Positions 11,495 through 25,061 of a stretch of DNA of 58,360 nt are shown here, piece after piece. This DNA comes from Mycobacteriales bacterium (GTDB lineage: Bacteria; Actinomycetota; Actinomycetes; Mycobacteriales; Pseudonocardiaceae). Numbering within the stretch: the stretch's first letter is position 1; each line of letters begins with the position of its first letter. The stretch is from contig JBBQEF010000001.1 in the NCBI GenBank assembly GCA_038320445.1, positions 1 to 58,360 of the forward strand, read 5' to 3'. The notes beneath the pieces are model-generated. The model was not told where the DNA came from. It saw only the letters and a program-made list of their open reading frames with translations, and searched no databases. The position numbers and the translations under genes are program-made.

Positions 11495-12626
11495 CGGCGC
11501 TGCTGGTACTGGAGGACGGCAGGATCTTCCGTGGCGAGGCCTACGGCGCCACCGGCACCGGGCTCGGCGAGGCGGTGTTCACCACCGGCATGACCGGCTA
11601 CCAGGAGACGCTGACCGACCCGTCCTACCACCGTCAGATCGTGGTGCAGACCGCCCCGCAGATCGGCAACACCGGCTGGAACGACGAGGACGACGAGTCC
11701 TCGGCCATCCAGGTCGCCGGGTACGTGGTGCGCGACCCGAGCCGCTCGCCGTCCAACTGGCGCTCCACCGGCACGCTCGACGCGGCGCTGGAGCGGAACG
11801 GGATCGTCGGCGTGGCCGGGATCGACACCCGGGCCCTGGTGCGGCACCTGAGGGAGCGCGGCGCGATGCGGGCCGGGGTCTTCTCCGGCGACGCGCTCGC
11901 CCCGGACGCCGAGCTGGTCGCCCGCGTCCTGCAGAGCCCGCACATGGAGGGCGCCGACCTCTACGGCGCCGTCACCACGCCCGAGCCCTACGTCGTGCCC
12001 GCGGCCGGGCCGACCCGTTTCCGGGTGGCCGCGCTGGACGTCGGCATCAAGTCCAACACCCCGCGGATGCTCGCCGCGCGGGGCATCGAGACGCACGTGC
12101 TACCGGCCTCGACGACGATCGAGCAGATCGAGGAGCTGGCCCCGGACGGGTTCTTCCTCTCCAACGGACCCGGTGACCCGGCCACCGCCGACGGCCCGGT
12201 CGAGCTGACCCGCCAGGTGCTGCAGCGGCGGATCCCGCTGTTCGGCATCTGCTTCGGCAACCAGATACTGGCGCGCGCGCTGGGCCGGGGCACCTACAAG
12301 CTCCGCTACGGCCACCGCGGCATCAACATCCCGGTCGTCGAGCACGCCACCGGCCGCGTGGCGATCACCTCGCAGAACCACGGGTTCGCCGTCGAGGGCG
12401 AGGCGGGGGAGCGGTTCGACACGCCGTTCGGCCCGGCCGAGATCACCCACACCTGCCCCAACGACGGCTGTGTGGAGGGCCTGCGCGCGCTCGACGTCCC
12501 GGCGTTCAGCGTCCAGTACCACCCCGAGGCGGCGGCGGGCCCGCACGACGCGGCCGAGCTGTTCGACCGCTTCGCGGACCTGATGAGCCCCGGCGGCCGC
12601 CACCACCTGTCAGGAGGGGCCGCCTG

Positions 12627-12627
<1 letters not shown>
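11491..12627 (+). CDS. carA: carbamoyl-phosphate synthase small subunit
   Basis: [40 protein letters not shown]. Confidence 0.97.
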
Positions 12628-15919
<3,292 letters not shown>

Positions 15920-15923
<4 letters not shown>

Positions 15924-16744
15924 GCGCCCCGTTCGGCACGAGGCTCACGGCCGCCGTCACCGCGCTCGGGAACCTGTGTGTCGGGATCGACCCGCACCCG
16001 GCCCTGCTGGCCGAGTGGGGGCTCACCGACGATGCCGAGGGGCTCGCCCGGTTCTGTGACGGGTGCGTCGAGGCGTTCGCCGGGCACATCGCCGTCGTGA
16101 AGCCGCAGTCGGCGTTCTTCGAACGGCACGGTTCCGCCGGGATCGCCGTGCTGGAGCCCCTGCTCGCCGCCTTCACCGGAACCGGCACCCTGGTGATCCT
16201 CGACGTCAAGCGCGGCGACATCGGGTCCACGATGGACGGCTACGCCGACGCCTACCTCGCGGTGCAGGCGCCGCTGGGCGCGGACGCGGTGACGCTCTCC
16301 CCGTACCTCGGGTTCGGCGCCCTCGGCCCCGGGCTGACGGCGGCCGCCGAGGCCGGGCGCGGGGTGTTCGTGCTGGCCCGCACGTCGAACGCCGAGGGAG
16401 AGGGCGTTCAGCTCGCCTCCGTGGGCGGCGTGACGGTGGCGCAGTCGGTCGTGGACGCCGCCGCCGCGCGCAACGCCGCCGCCGCGCCGCTCGGGGACGT
16501 CGGCGTGGTGGTCGGCGCGACGGCGGACCACGACCTGGACCTCTCCACGCTGAACGGGCCCGTCCTCGCTCCCGGGCTCGGCGCGCAGGGTGCGGGCCCG
16601 GCCGACATCGCGGCGCGGTTCGGGGGGCTGGCGGGGATCGTCCTGCCGTCGGCGTCCCGGTCGGTGCTGAGGGCCGGCCCGTCCGTGGCGGCCCTGCGCG
16701 GCGCCGCGCAGGTGCTGCGGGACGAGCTGGCGACGGCGGACTGA
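15920..16744 (+). CDS. pyrF: orotidine-5'-phosphate decarboxylase
   Basis: [33 protein letters not shown]; GTGA overlap with carB. Confidence 0.96.
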
Positions 16745-17072
16745 GGGCCGGTGATCACCCGGGTCGTGCGCGGAGACGCCACGGCGCGCCGGGCGCCCTC
16801 GTACGGTGTGTGGTCGACCGCCTACCGCCCGTTGTGTCCGCGATCCAGGGGCGGTCCCACCGGTGCGCTGAGCGGGCGCGTCGCGCCGCGCCGAGTTCGC
16901 CCGTTCGTGCTATCGCCGTATGCGTCGCGGGGAAGAGAACCCACAGGTGGCACCCCCCGTTGCCGTATCCGGGAGGGAGCTGAGTACGTTCGGACCACCG
17001 AGCGGGGAAGCCCGCCGGCGCAGATGTTGCAACCCTGACGACGGGGCTGCAGGACGAAAGACGGAGGAGACC

Positions 17073-17387
17073 GTGGCCCTTCCCCAGCTGACCGAGGAAC
17101 AGCGTGCTGACGCGTTGCGGAAGGCGGCCGAGGCGCGCCGGGTCCGGGCCGAGTTGAAGGAGCGGCTCAAGCGCGGCGGCACGACGCTCGGCGAGGTGCT
17201 CAAGCAGTCGGACACCGACGAGGTTCTCGGCAAGATGAAGGTGACGGCCCTGCTCGAGGCGATGCCGTCGGTGGGCAAGGTCCGTGCCGCCCAGATCATG
17301 GAGCAGCTCGAGATCGCCCCGTCACGGCGGCTGCGCGGTCTCGGCGACCGCCAGCGCAAGGCACTGCTGGCGCACTTCGAGGGGTGA
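17073..17387 (+). CDS. mihF: actinobacterial integration host factor
   Basis: ALPQLTEEQR..AL.KAAEARR.RAELK, GKMKV.ALLE.MP.VGK, RRLRGLG; GGAGG RBS. Confidence 0.95.
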   Translation: MALPQLTEEQRADALRKAAEARRVRAELKERLKRGGTTLGEVLKQSDTDEVLGKMKVTALLEAMPSVGKVRAAQIMEQLEIAPSRRLRGLGDRQRKALLAHFEG

Positions 17388-18001
17388 GCGACCCCCGCGA
17401 CGTCCGGAGGGGCCGGCTGATCGTCCTGGCCGGCCCCTCCGGTGTCGGGAAGACCAGCATCGTCGCCGAGCTGCGCACGCAGCTGCCCGAGTTGTTCTTC
17501 AGCGTCTCGGCCACGACCCGCGGCCCGCGCCCCGGCGAGGTCGAGGGCGTGCATTACCACTTCGTCGGACCCGAGGGCTTCGACGACCTGCTGGTCCGCG
17601 ACGAGCTGCTGGAGTGGGCCGAGATCCACGGCGGGCTGCAGCGCTCCGGCACCCCTCGGGAGCCGGTCGAACGCCACTTGGCCGCGGGTGATCCGGTGCT
17701 CGTCGAGGTCGATCTCCACGGCGCCAGGGCGTTGAAGGCCGCGATGCCGGAGTCCATCACGGTCTTCGTCGAACCACCGTCGTTCGAGGAGCTGGAGCGC
17801 AGGCTCCGCGAACGCGACACCGAATCGCCCGCCCAGTTCGCCCGCCGTCTGGAGACCGCGCGCGAGGAGCTGGCCGCCCGCAGCGAGTTCGATGTGGAGC
17901 TGGTCAACCACGACGTCGGAGAGGTCGCGGCGCGGTTGGTAGACTTGCTGGTCGGCCGGGCTCGACCCGGCCCATCGCCACTGACTGGAGTAACTGAGTG
18001 A
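17384..18001 (+). CDS. gmk: guanylate kinase
   Basis: [29 protein letters not shown]. Confidence 0.97.
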   Translation: MSDPRDVRRGRLIVLAGPSGVGKTSIVAELRTQLPELFFSVSATTRGPRPGEVEGVHYHFVGPEGFDDLLVRDELLEWAEIHGGLQRSGTPREPVERHLAAGDPVLVEVDLHGARALKAAMPESITVFVEPPSFEELERRLRERDTESPAQFARRLETAREELAARSEFDVELVNHDVGEVAARLVDLLVGRARPGPSPLTGVTE

Positions 18002-18276
18002 GCATGCCGCTGACCGGCCCGAGGGCCGGTTCCGTTCCCGAGGGCATCACCAACCCCCCCATCGACGACCTCCTCGGCCAGGTGAGCTCCAAGTACGCGC
18101 TGGTCATCTACGCGGCCAAGCGTGCCCGCCAGATCAACGACTACTACTCGCAGCTGGGCGAGGGACTGCTGGAGTACGTGGGCCCGCTCGTCGAGCCGGG
18201 TCCGCGCGAGAAGCCGCTGTCGATCGCCATGCGTGAGATCCAGGCGGGGCTGCTCGAGCACACCGAGGGCGAGTAG
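17998..18276 (+). CDS. rpoZ: RNA polymerase omega subunit
   Basis: [38 protein letters not shown]. Confidence 0.97.
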   Translation: MSMPLTGPRAGSVPEGITNPPIDDLLGQVSSKYALVIYAAKRARQINDYYSQLGEGLLEYVGPLVEPGPREKPLSIAMREIQAGLLEHTEGE

Positions 18277-18280
18277 GCAC

Positions 18281-19489
18281 GTGGCTCCCCGGGTCCTGCT
18301 CGGGGTGGCCGGCGGCATCGCCGCCTACAAGAGCGTGGAGCTGCTGCGGCGGCTCACCGAGACCGGCCACTCCGTTCGGGTCCTGCCCACCGCGTCGGCC
18401 CTGGAGTTCGTGGGGGCCGCCACGTTCGAGGCGTTGTCCGGCCAGCCGGTGCACACCGGCGTCTTCGTCGACGTCCCGGCCGTCCCGCACGTCACGCTGG
18501 GCCAGGAGGCCGATCTGGTCGTCGTGGCGCCCGCCACGGCCGATCTCATGGCACGGGCCGCTTCGGGCCGCGCCGACGACCTGCTCACCGCGGCGCTGCT
18601 CACCGCCCGGTGCCCGGTGCTCTTCGCCCCGGCCATGCACACCGAGATGTGGGAGCACCCCGCCACCCGGGCCAACGTCGCGCTGCTGCGCTCGCGCGGT
18701 GTCGTCGTGCTGGAGCCCGCGTCGGGCCGGCTCACCGGGAAGGACACCGGCCCCGGGCGGCTTCCCGATCCGGCCGAGATCGCCGATCTCGCGCGCCTGC
18801 TGCTGGAGCGTGCGGATGCGTTGCCGCGAGACCTGGACGGCCGGCGGGTCGTGGTCTCCGCCGGGGGCACGCGGGAGGCGCTCGATCCCGTCCGTTACCT
18901 GGGGAACCGGTCGTCCGGGCGGCAGGGCCACGCGCTGGCGCGGGTGGCGGCGCAGCGGGGCGCGGCCGTCACGCTCGTGGCCGCCCACACCGCCGACCTC
19001 GGCGATCCGGCGGCCGTCGAGGTCGTGCGCGTCGGCTCGGCCGCCGAGCTGCGCGAGGCGATGCTCGGGGCGGTGAAGGGTGCGGACGCGGTGGTGATGG
19101 CGGCGGCCGTGGCCGACTTCCGGCCGGTGTCGCTCGTCAGCCACAAGATCAAGAAGGGTGCCGGGGAGCCGGAGCCGCTGCGGCTGGCGAAGAACCCGGA
19201 CATCCTCGTGGAGCTGGTCGGGGCCCGCGAACCCGGTCAGGTGGTGGTCGGATTCGCGGCCGAGACCGGCGACGCGGAGGGCGACGCACTGCACCACGGC
19301 CGGCTCAAGCTGGTCCGCAAGGGCTGCGACCTGCTCGTCGTCAACGCCGTGGGGGACGGGCAGGCGTTCGAGGTGGCCGACAACGCGGGGTGGCTGCTGG
19401 GCGCCGACGGCACCGAGTCCCTGCTTCCGAAGGGCTCCAAGGCGCTGCTGGCGTCACGGGTCTGGGATGCGGTGGCGGGCCGCATCTGA
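18281..19489 (+). CDS. coaBC: phosphopantothenoylcysteine decarboxylase / phosphopantothenate-cysteine ligase
   Basis: GGIAAYK, PAMHTEM, DPVRYLGNRSSG, AAVADF, VGFAAET. Confidence 0.97.
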   Translation: MAPRVLLGVAGGIAAYKSVELLRRLTETGHSVRVLPTASALEFVGAATFEALSGQPVHTGVFVDVPAVPHVTLGQEADLVVVAPATADLMARAASGRADDLLTAALLTARCPVLFAPAMHTEMWEHPATRANVALLRSRGVVVLEPASGRLTGKDTGPGRLPDPAEIADLARLLLERADALPRDLDGRRVVVSAGGTREALDPVRYLGNRSSGRQGHALARVAAQRGAAVTLVAAHTADLGDPAAVEVVRVGSAAELREAMLGAVKGADAVVMAAAVADFRPVSLVSHKIKKGAGEPEPLRLAKNPDILVELVGAREPGQVVVGFAAETGDAEGDALHHGRLKLVRKGCDLLVVNAVGDGQAFEVADNAGWLLGADGTESLLPKGSKALLASRVWDAVAGRI

Positions 19490-19903
19490 TCGACGCAACG
19501 GCGGCCCGCCCCGGATCGAGACGGACCGCCGGTGCCGTCGGCACCCGGCTCGGGCGTCGGCCCGGTGGTGGGCACGTCCTCGCCCGCGGACGTCCCCGTG
19601 GCCGCGCCCGGCTCGGGAGTGGCAGGCGTGGGCCCCGACGCCGCGGGCCTGGCGCCGTTCACCGAGATGTACTGCTGCGCGGCCCACCCGTCGAGGACGG
19701 TGAGGTGGACGAAGCCGTCCTTGCTCCCCGCGACCTGCACGGCCTTGCCGGAGGTGCACACGGCCACGATCCGCGCGTCCGCGGTCGGCTCGGCGCGGAC
19801 GTTCACGGTGACGATGCACGTGCCCGGCGTGCTCCCGGACGGCGCGGCGGATGCGGTGCCTGCGACCAGCGCCATTCCGGTGGCGTGTCGTGTGCACTGT
19901 CAC
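19490..19903 (-). pseudogene. secreted SH3b-domain protein, apparently damaged
   Basis: VNVRAEPT...GWAAQQYIS SH3b pattern; signal-peptide n-region (VTVHTTRHR) lies in a different frame from [10 protein letters not shown]; the frame has no stop until 19237, inside coaBC. Confidence 0.55.
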
Positions 19904-20015
19904 GGAGGGTGCAGGGCGTCACGGGCACGGCAGGTGGCAGGCGTGCCGACGAGGTCGACTACGCTGGAACGGCGGGAGACCGCAACGATCAGCCGATCAT
20001 GAGATGGAGTCCAGC

Positions 20016-21212
20016 GTGCCGAGTACCAGGTTGTTCACCAGCGAGTCGGTGACCGAAGGTCACCGCGACAAGATGTGCGACGCCATCAGCGACACCGTCC
20101 TGGACGCGCTCCTCGCGCAGGACCCCCGCAGTCGCGTCGCGGTCGAGACCCTCGTGACCACCGGCCAGGTGCACGTCGCGGGCGAGGTCACCACCAGCGC
20201 CTACGTCGACATCCCGACGCTGGTGCGGGAGAAGATCCTCGAGATCGGCGACGACTCGTCGGCCAAGGGCTTCGACGGCAACTCCTGCGGCGTCAACGTC
20301 GCGATCGGTGCCCAGTCCGCCGACATCGCACAGGGCGTCGACACGGCCTACGAGAGCCGCGTCGAGCTGTCGGAGGACGAGATCGCCAAGCAGGGCGCCG
20401 GCGACCAGGGCCTGATGTTCGGCTACGCCAACAACGACACCCCGGAGCTGCTGCCGCTGCCGATCGCGCTCGCCCACCGGCTGGCCAGGCGGCTGACCGA
20501 GGTGCGCAAGAGCGGCGTGCTGCCCTACCTGCGGCCCGATGGCAAGACCCAGGTCACGATCGCCTACGACGGTGACCGGGCCGTGCGCCTGGACACCGTC
20601 GTGGTGTCCAGCCAGCACGCCGCGGACATCGACCTCGACGGCATGCTCGCCCCGGACATCCGCGAGTACGTCGTGCTGCCCGAGCTGGGTGGCCTCGGCC
20701 TCGACGTCTCCGACTACTCGCTGCTGGTCAACCCGACCGGCCGGTTCGTGGTCGGCGGCCCGATGGGCGACGCGGGCCTGACCGGCCGCAAGATCATCGT
20801 CGACACCTACGGGGGGTTCGCGCGCCACGGGGGCGGCGCGTTCTCCGGCAAGGACCCGTCGAAGGTCGACCGGTCCGCCGCCTACGCCATGCGCTGGGTG
20901 GCCAAGAACGCGGTCGCCGCAGGCCTCGCCGAGCGCATCGAGGTACAGGTGGCGTACGCGATCGGCAAGGCGGCCCCGGTCGGGCTGTTCGTCGAGACGT
21001 TCGGCACCGAGAACGTCGACCCGCAGCGGATCCAGTCGGCCATCTCGCAGGTCTTCGACCTGCGCCCGGCCGCGATCATCCGGGACCTCGACCTGCTCCG
21101 CCCGATCTACGCGCAGACCGCCGCGTACGGCCATTTCGGGCGCACCGACATCGAGCTGCCGTGGGAGAGCACCTCGCGTGCCGACGAGCTGAAGGCGGCC
21201 GCGGGCGCCTGA
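20016..21212 (+). CDS. metK: S-adenosylmethionine synthetase
   Basis: [28 protein letters not shown]. Confidence 0.97.
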   Translation: MPSTRLFTSESVTEGHRDKMCDAISDTVLDALLAQDPRSRVAVETLVTTGQVHVAGEVTTSAYVDIPTLVREKILEIGDDSSAKGFDGNSCGVNVAIGAQSADIAQGVDTAYESRVELSEDEIAKQGAGDQGLMFGYANNDTPELLPLPIALAHRLARRLTEVRKSGVLPYLRPDGKTQVTIAYDGDRAVRLDTVVVSSQHAADIDLDGMLAPDIREYVVLPELGGLGLDVSDYSLLVNPTGRFVVGGPMGDAGLTGRKIIVDTYGGFARHGGGAFSGKDPSKVDRSAAYAMRWVAKNAVAAGLAERIEVQVAYAIGKAAPVGLFVETFGTENVDPQRIQSAISQVFDLRPAAIIRDLDLLRPIYAQTAAYGHFGRTDIELPWESTSRADELKAAAGA

Positions 21213-21249
21213 GCCCGGCGGTGCCCGCGGGGCCGCTGCCCGTCGAGAG

Positions 21250-21271
21250 TGTCGGTGCCGGGGTGCACCAT
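21250..21271 (+). promoter_or_regulatory. PafBC/RecA-NDp-type promoter for priA
   Basis: TGTCGG-N10-CACCAT, 6 nt before in-frame ATG 21278. Confidence 0.55.
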
Positions 21272-21277
21272 CAGGGC

Positions 21278-23380
21278 ATGACGAGCCCGCCGGTGCCCGC
21301 TCCCGCCCTGCGTGGCGGCTCTGGTGGACCGGGCGGCCGGCGACAGCGAGGAGTTCCGGTGGCAGCGCGCAACCGGGGGGAGTGGCGTCCGGCGGCCGCC
21401 CTGCCGGTGGCGCGGGTGGCGGTCGACGTCGCCCTGGCGCATCTGGATCGCCCGTTCGACTACCGGGTGCCCGAGCACCTCGACGAGGCCGCGGTCCCGG
21501 GCGTGCGGCTGCGGATCCGTTTCGCGGGCCGGCTGGTCGACGGCTACCTGCTCGAACGCGCTGCGGAGTCCGAGCACACGGGCACGCTCGCGTGGGTCGA
21601 GAAGGTGGTCTCCGCAGAGCCTGCTCTCACCTCCGAGGTCGCGGCGCTGTGCCGGGCCGTGGCCGATCGCTACGCGGGTGTGATGGCGGATGTCCTGCGG
21701 CTGGCGGTGCCGCCGCGTCATGCCCGCATCGAGGCCGAGCCGCCCGCTGAACCCCCCGCGCCCCCGTCCCTCGCACCGCCCGTGTCGCCCGGGTGGGAGC
21801 GCTACGCACGCGGGCCCGCTCTCCTCGACGCGCTGGCCGGAGGCCGGGCCGCGCACGCCGTCTGGCAGGCCCTGCCGCGCGAGGCCTGGGCAGAGCGGCT
21901 GGCCGAGGCCGCGGCGGCCACGGTCGCGGCCGGCCGGGGGGCGCTGCTGGTGGTGCCCGACCAGCGCGACGTCGACGCCCTGCACACCGCCTGCGCGAAC
22001 CGGCTCGGCGCGGGCGCGGTGGTGGCGCTGACCGCGGAGCTCGGGCCCGCGGAGCGCTACCGGCGCTGGCTCGCCGTCCGGAGGGGCCGGATCCGGGTGG
22101 TCGTCGGCACGCGCTCGGCCGCGTTCGCGCCCGTCGAGAAGCTCGGGCTGCTGGCCGTCTGGGACGACGGCGACGATCTCCACGCGGAGCCCCGCGCGCC
22201 GTACCCGCACGTCCGCGACGTGCTCGTGCTGCGCGCCCACGCCGCGGGCGCGGCGCTGCTGGTCGCCGGGTACGCGCGTACCGCGGAGGGGCAGCTGCTC
22301 GTCGAGTCGGGCTGGGCACGCGAGGTGGTCGCCGAGCGGTCCGCGGTGCGGGCCGCCATGCCGCGCGTCACGGCCGTGGGGGAGACCGACGTGCAGCTCG
22401 TCCGCGATCCCCAGGCGCGCGCGGCCCGGCTGCCCGCCATCGCGTTCGAGGCGGCCCGCGGCGCGCTCGCCGGGGGCCGACCGGTGCTGGTGCAGGTGCC
22501 GCGGGCCGGGTACGTGCCGTGGCTGTCGTGCGGCTCGTGCCGGGAGACCGCCCGGTGCCGGCACTGCGCGGGGCCGCTCGGGCTGCGCGGTCGGGCCGGG
22601 GACGCCGCGTCCGCCGCGGCGCTCCCGACCTGCCGCTGGTGCGGGCGGGCAGAGGGCGCCTACCGGTGTCAGGGGTGCGGATCGCGGCGGCTGCGGGCGG
22701 GCGTGGTCGGCTCCGGGCGCACCGCCGAGGAGCTGGGCCGGGCCTTCCCGGGCACGGTCGTCCGGTCGTCGGGCGGCGGGGCGCCGGTCCTGGCGGAGGT
22801 GGCGGACGCGCCGGAGATCGTGGTGGCCACCCCGGGCGCCGAGCCCCGCGTCGCCTCGGGCTACGGCGCCGCCCTGCTGCTCGATTCCTGGGCCATGCTC
22901 GCCCGGCCCGATCTGCGCGTCGTGGAGGAGACCCTGCGCCGGTGGCTCGGGGCCGCGGCGCTCGTGGTCCCGCACACCGTCGGGGGTCGGGTGGTGGTCA
23001 TGGCGGAGGCGGCCGAGCCCGCCGTGCAGGCCCTCGTGCGGTGGGATCCCGCCGGGCACGCCGCCGCCGAGCTGGCGTCCCGCGCCGAGGTGGGGTTCCC
23101 GCCCGCCGTCCGGATGGCCGCGGTGGAGGGCTCAGCCGCGGCGCTCGAGGAGGTGCTGGCCGGGTTGCCCGCGTCGGTGGAGGTGCTCGGCCCGGTGGAG
23201 CTCGAACCCGCCCCCGGGCCCGGCCCGCCTGCCGAGGTACGGGAACGGGCCCTGTTGCGGGTGCCCCGCGCCGAGGGCCGCGCGCTGGCGGCAACCCTGC
23301 ACGCGGCCCAGGCCGCCCGCACCGCCCGCAAGGCCGCCGAGCCGCTGCGCGTCCGCCTGGATCCGGTGGAGATCGGCTGA
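21278..23380 (+). CDS. priA: primosomal protein N' (actinobacterial helicase-deficient type); alternative start GTG 21359
   Basis: LDRPFDY, VGTRSAAFAP, four CxxC pairs, RVRLDP; between metK and def. Confidence 0.92.
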   Translation: MTSPPVPAPALRGGSGGPGGRRQRGVPVAARNRGEWRPAAALPVARVAVDVALAHLDRPFDYRVPEHLDEAAVPGVRLRIRFAGRLVDGYLLERAAESEHTGTLAWVEKVVSAEPALTSEVAALCRAVADRYAGVMADVLRLAVPPRHARIEAEPPAEPPAPPSLAPPVSPGWERYARGPALLDALAGGRAAHAVWQALPREAWAERLAEAAAATVAAGRGALLVVPDQRDVDALHTACANRLGAGAVVALTAELGPAERYRRWLAVRRGRIRVVVGTRSAAFAPVEKLGLLAVWDDGDDLHAEPRAPYPHVRDVLVLRAHAAGAALLVAGYARTAEGQLLVESGWAREVVAERSAVRAAMPRVTAVGETDVQLVRDPQARAARLPAIAFEAARGALAGGRPVLVQVPRAGYVPWLSCGSCRETARCRHCAGPLGLRGRAGDAASAAALPTCRWCGRAEGAYRCQGCGSRRLRAGVVGSGRTAEELGRAFPGTVVRSSGGGAPVLAEVADAPEIVVATPGAEPRVASGYGAALLLDSWAMLARPDLRVVEETLRRWLGAAALVVPHTVGGRVVVMAEAAEPAVQALVRWDPAGHAAAELASRAEVGFPPAVRMAAVEGSAAALEEVLAGLPASVEVLGPVELEPAPGPGPPAEVRERALLRVPRAEGRALAATLHAAQAARTARKAAEPLRVRLDPVEIG

Positions 23381-23540
23381 GCCGGTGCCGCTGGCGGGCA
23401 GGCGCAGGACACCGGTGATCGGCGGAGGTCGTGGCCGGCGGCCGTCGTGGCACAATGGTCGGTCGTCGGCCCGGCGCCCGGCCGGGGCCATCCACCGGTC
23501 CCGCGCCCGTCCCCCCGACCCGACCGCAGCAAGGAGATCC

Positions 23541-24095
23541 GTGTCCGTCCAGCCCGTCCGCCTCTTCGGCGATCCGGTGTTGCGCACCTCCGCCGCACCG
23601 GTCACCACCTTCGACGCGGAGCTGCGCAGGCTGGTGGCCGACCTCACCGACACCATGCACGACGAGGGTGGCGCCGGTCTCGCCGCGCCCCAGCTCGGTG
23701 TCGGGCTGCGCGTGTTCGCCTACGACTGCGACGGTTTCGCGGGGCATCTGGTGAACCCGACGTTCGACGTGGTGGGCGACGAGGAGCAGATCGGTCCCGA
23801 GGGCTGCCTGTCGATCCCCGAACTGCGCTGGGAGTGCCGCCGGCACCTGCACGTGGTGGCACGCGGCTGGGACCAGCACGGCGAGCCCCGCACCGTCGAG
23901 GGCAGCGAGCTGCTGGCCCGGTGCATCCAGCACGAGACCGATCACCTCGACGGCATCCTCTTCGTCGACCGGCTCGACCCCGCCACGCGCAAGCTGGCCA
24001 TGGCCGAGATCCGCGCCGCCGCCTGGTTCGGCGTGGCCGCTCCGCCCGTGGTGAGGGCCAGCCCGCATCCCCTGTTCGGGAAGGTCGGGCGCTAG
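23541..24095 (+). CDS. def: peptide deformylase
   Basis: [22 protein letters not shown]; AAGGAG RBS. Confidence 0.97.
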   Translation: MSVQPVRLFGDPVLRTSAAPVTTFDAELRRLVADLTDTMHDEGGAGLAAPQLGVGLRVFAYDCDGFAGHLVNPTFDVVGDEEQIGPEGCLSIPELRWECRRHLHVVARGWDQHGEPRTVEGSELLARCIQHETDHLDGILFVDRLDPATRKLAMAEIRAAAWFGVAAPPVVRASPHPLFGKVGR

Positions 24096-25027
24096 TGAGG
24101 CTCGTGTTCGCCGGTACCCCCGATCCTGCCGTGCCCTCGCTGCAGGCTCTCCTGGCCTCGCCCCGCCACGAGGTGGTGGCCGTGGTGACCAGGCCGGATG
24201 CCCCATCGGGGCGCGGCCGCACGCTGCGGCGCTCGCCGGTCGGCACCGTCGCCGACGCGGCCGGCATCCCGGTGTTGACCCCGGCCCGGCCCGGCGAGCC
24301 CGAGTTCCTCGCCGCGCTGCGCGATCTGGCTCCCGACTGCTGCCCGGTGGTGGCCTACGGGGCACTCGTGCCGCGCGCCGCACTGGACATCCCGCACCGG
24401 GGCTGGGTGAACCTCCACTTCTCGCTGCTGCCCGCCTGGCGCGGCGCGGCGCCCGTGCAGGCCGCGGTCCGCCACGGTGACGAGATCACGGGAGCCACCA
24501 CGTTCCTGCTGGAGGAGGGCCTCGACACCGGGCCGACGTTCGGCGTGGTGACCGACGCCGTGGGCCCGTCGGACACGGCGGGCGAGCTGCTCGGCCGGCT
24601 CGCCGTCTCCGGCGCCGCGCTCCTGCTGGCGACGATGGACGGGCTGGCCGACGGCACGGTGCACGCGCAGCCGCAGCCGGCCGACGGTGTCTCCCACGCC
24701 CCGAAGGTCACCACCGCCGACGCCCGCGTCGAGTGGTCCGCTGTGCCGCACGTCGCGGACCGGCTGGTGCGCTCGGTGACGCCCGAACCCGGAGCCTGGA
24801 CGACGTTCCGGGACGAGCGCCTCGGCCTCGGACCGCTGGGGCCGGCGCAGGGCGAGACCCCGGCCCTGAAGCCCGGCGAGCTGCACGTCGAGAAGCGGCG
24901 CGTCCTCGTCGGAACCGGGGGCGCACCGCTGGAACTGGGTGAGGTGCGCCCGGTCGGGAAGCGGGCCATGCCCGCGCCCGACTGGGCGCGTGGCGTACGC
25001 ATCGACGCGGGGGAGTTGTTCGCGTGA
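24095..25027 (+). CDS. fmt: methionyl-tRNA formyltransferase
   Basis: [26 protein letters not shown]. Confidence 0.97.
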   Translation: MRLVFAGTPDPAVPSLQALLASPRHEVVAVVTRPDAPSGRGRTLRRSPVGTVADAAGIPVLTPARPGEPEFLAALRDLAPDCCPVVAYGALVPRAALDIPHRGWVNLHFSLLPAWRGAAPVQAAVRHGDEITGATTFLLEEGLDTGPTFGVVTDAVGPSDTAGELLGRLAVSGAALLLATMDGLADGTVHAQPQPADGVSHAPKVTTADARVEWSAVPHVADRLVRSVTPEPGAWTTFRDERLGLGPLGPAQGETPALKPGELHVEKRRVLVGTGGAPLELGEVRPVGKRAMPAPDWARGVRIDAGELFA

Positions 25028-25061
25028 GGAATCGGCTTCTGCACCGGAGCGGGTGGCACCG

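Noticed and set aside
16745-17072. ncRNA or small gene upstream of mihF
   Set aside because: A long pyrF-mihF leader/promoter region is usual; no convincing ORF or RNA motif.
19904-20015. SAM riboswitch upstream of metK
   Set aside because: No recognisable SAM-I or SAM-IV core motifs.
21278-23380. PriA lacking Walker A and DExH motifs as a novelty
   Set aside because: Helicase-deficient PriA is the known norm in actinobacteria.
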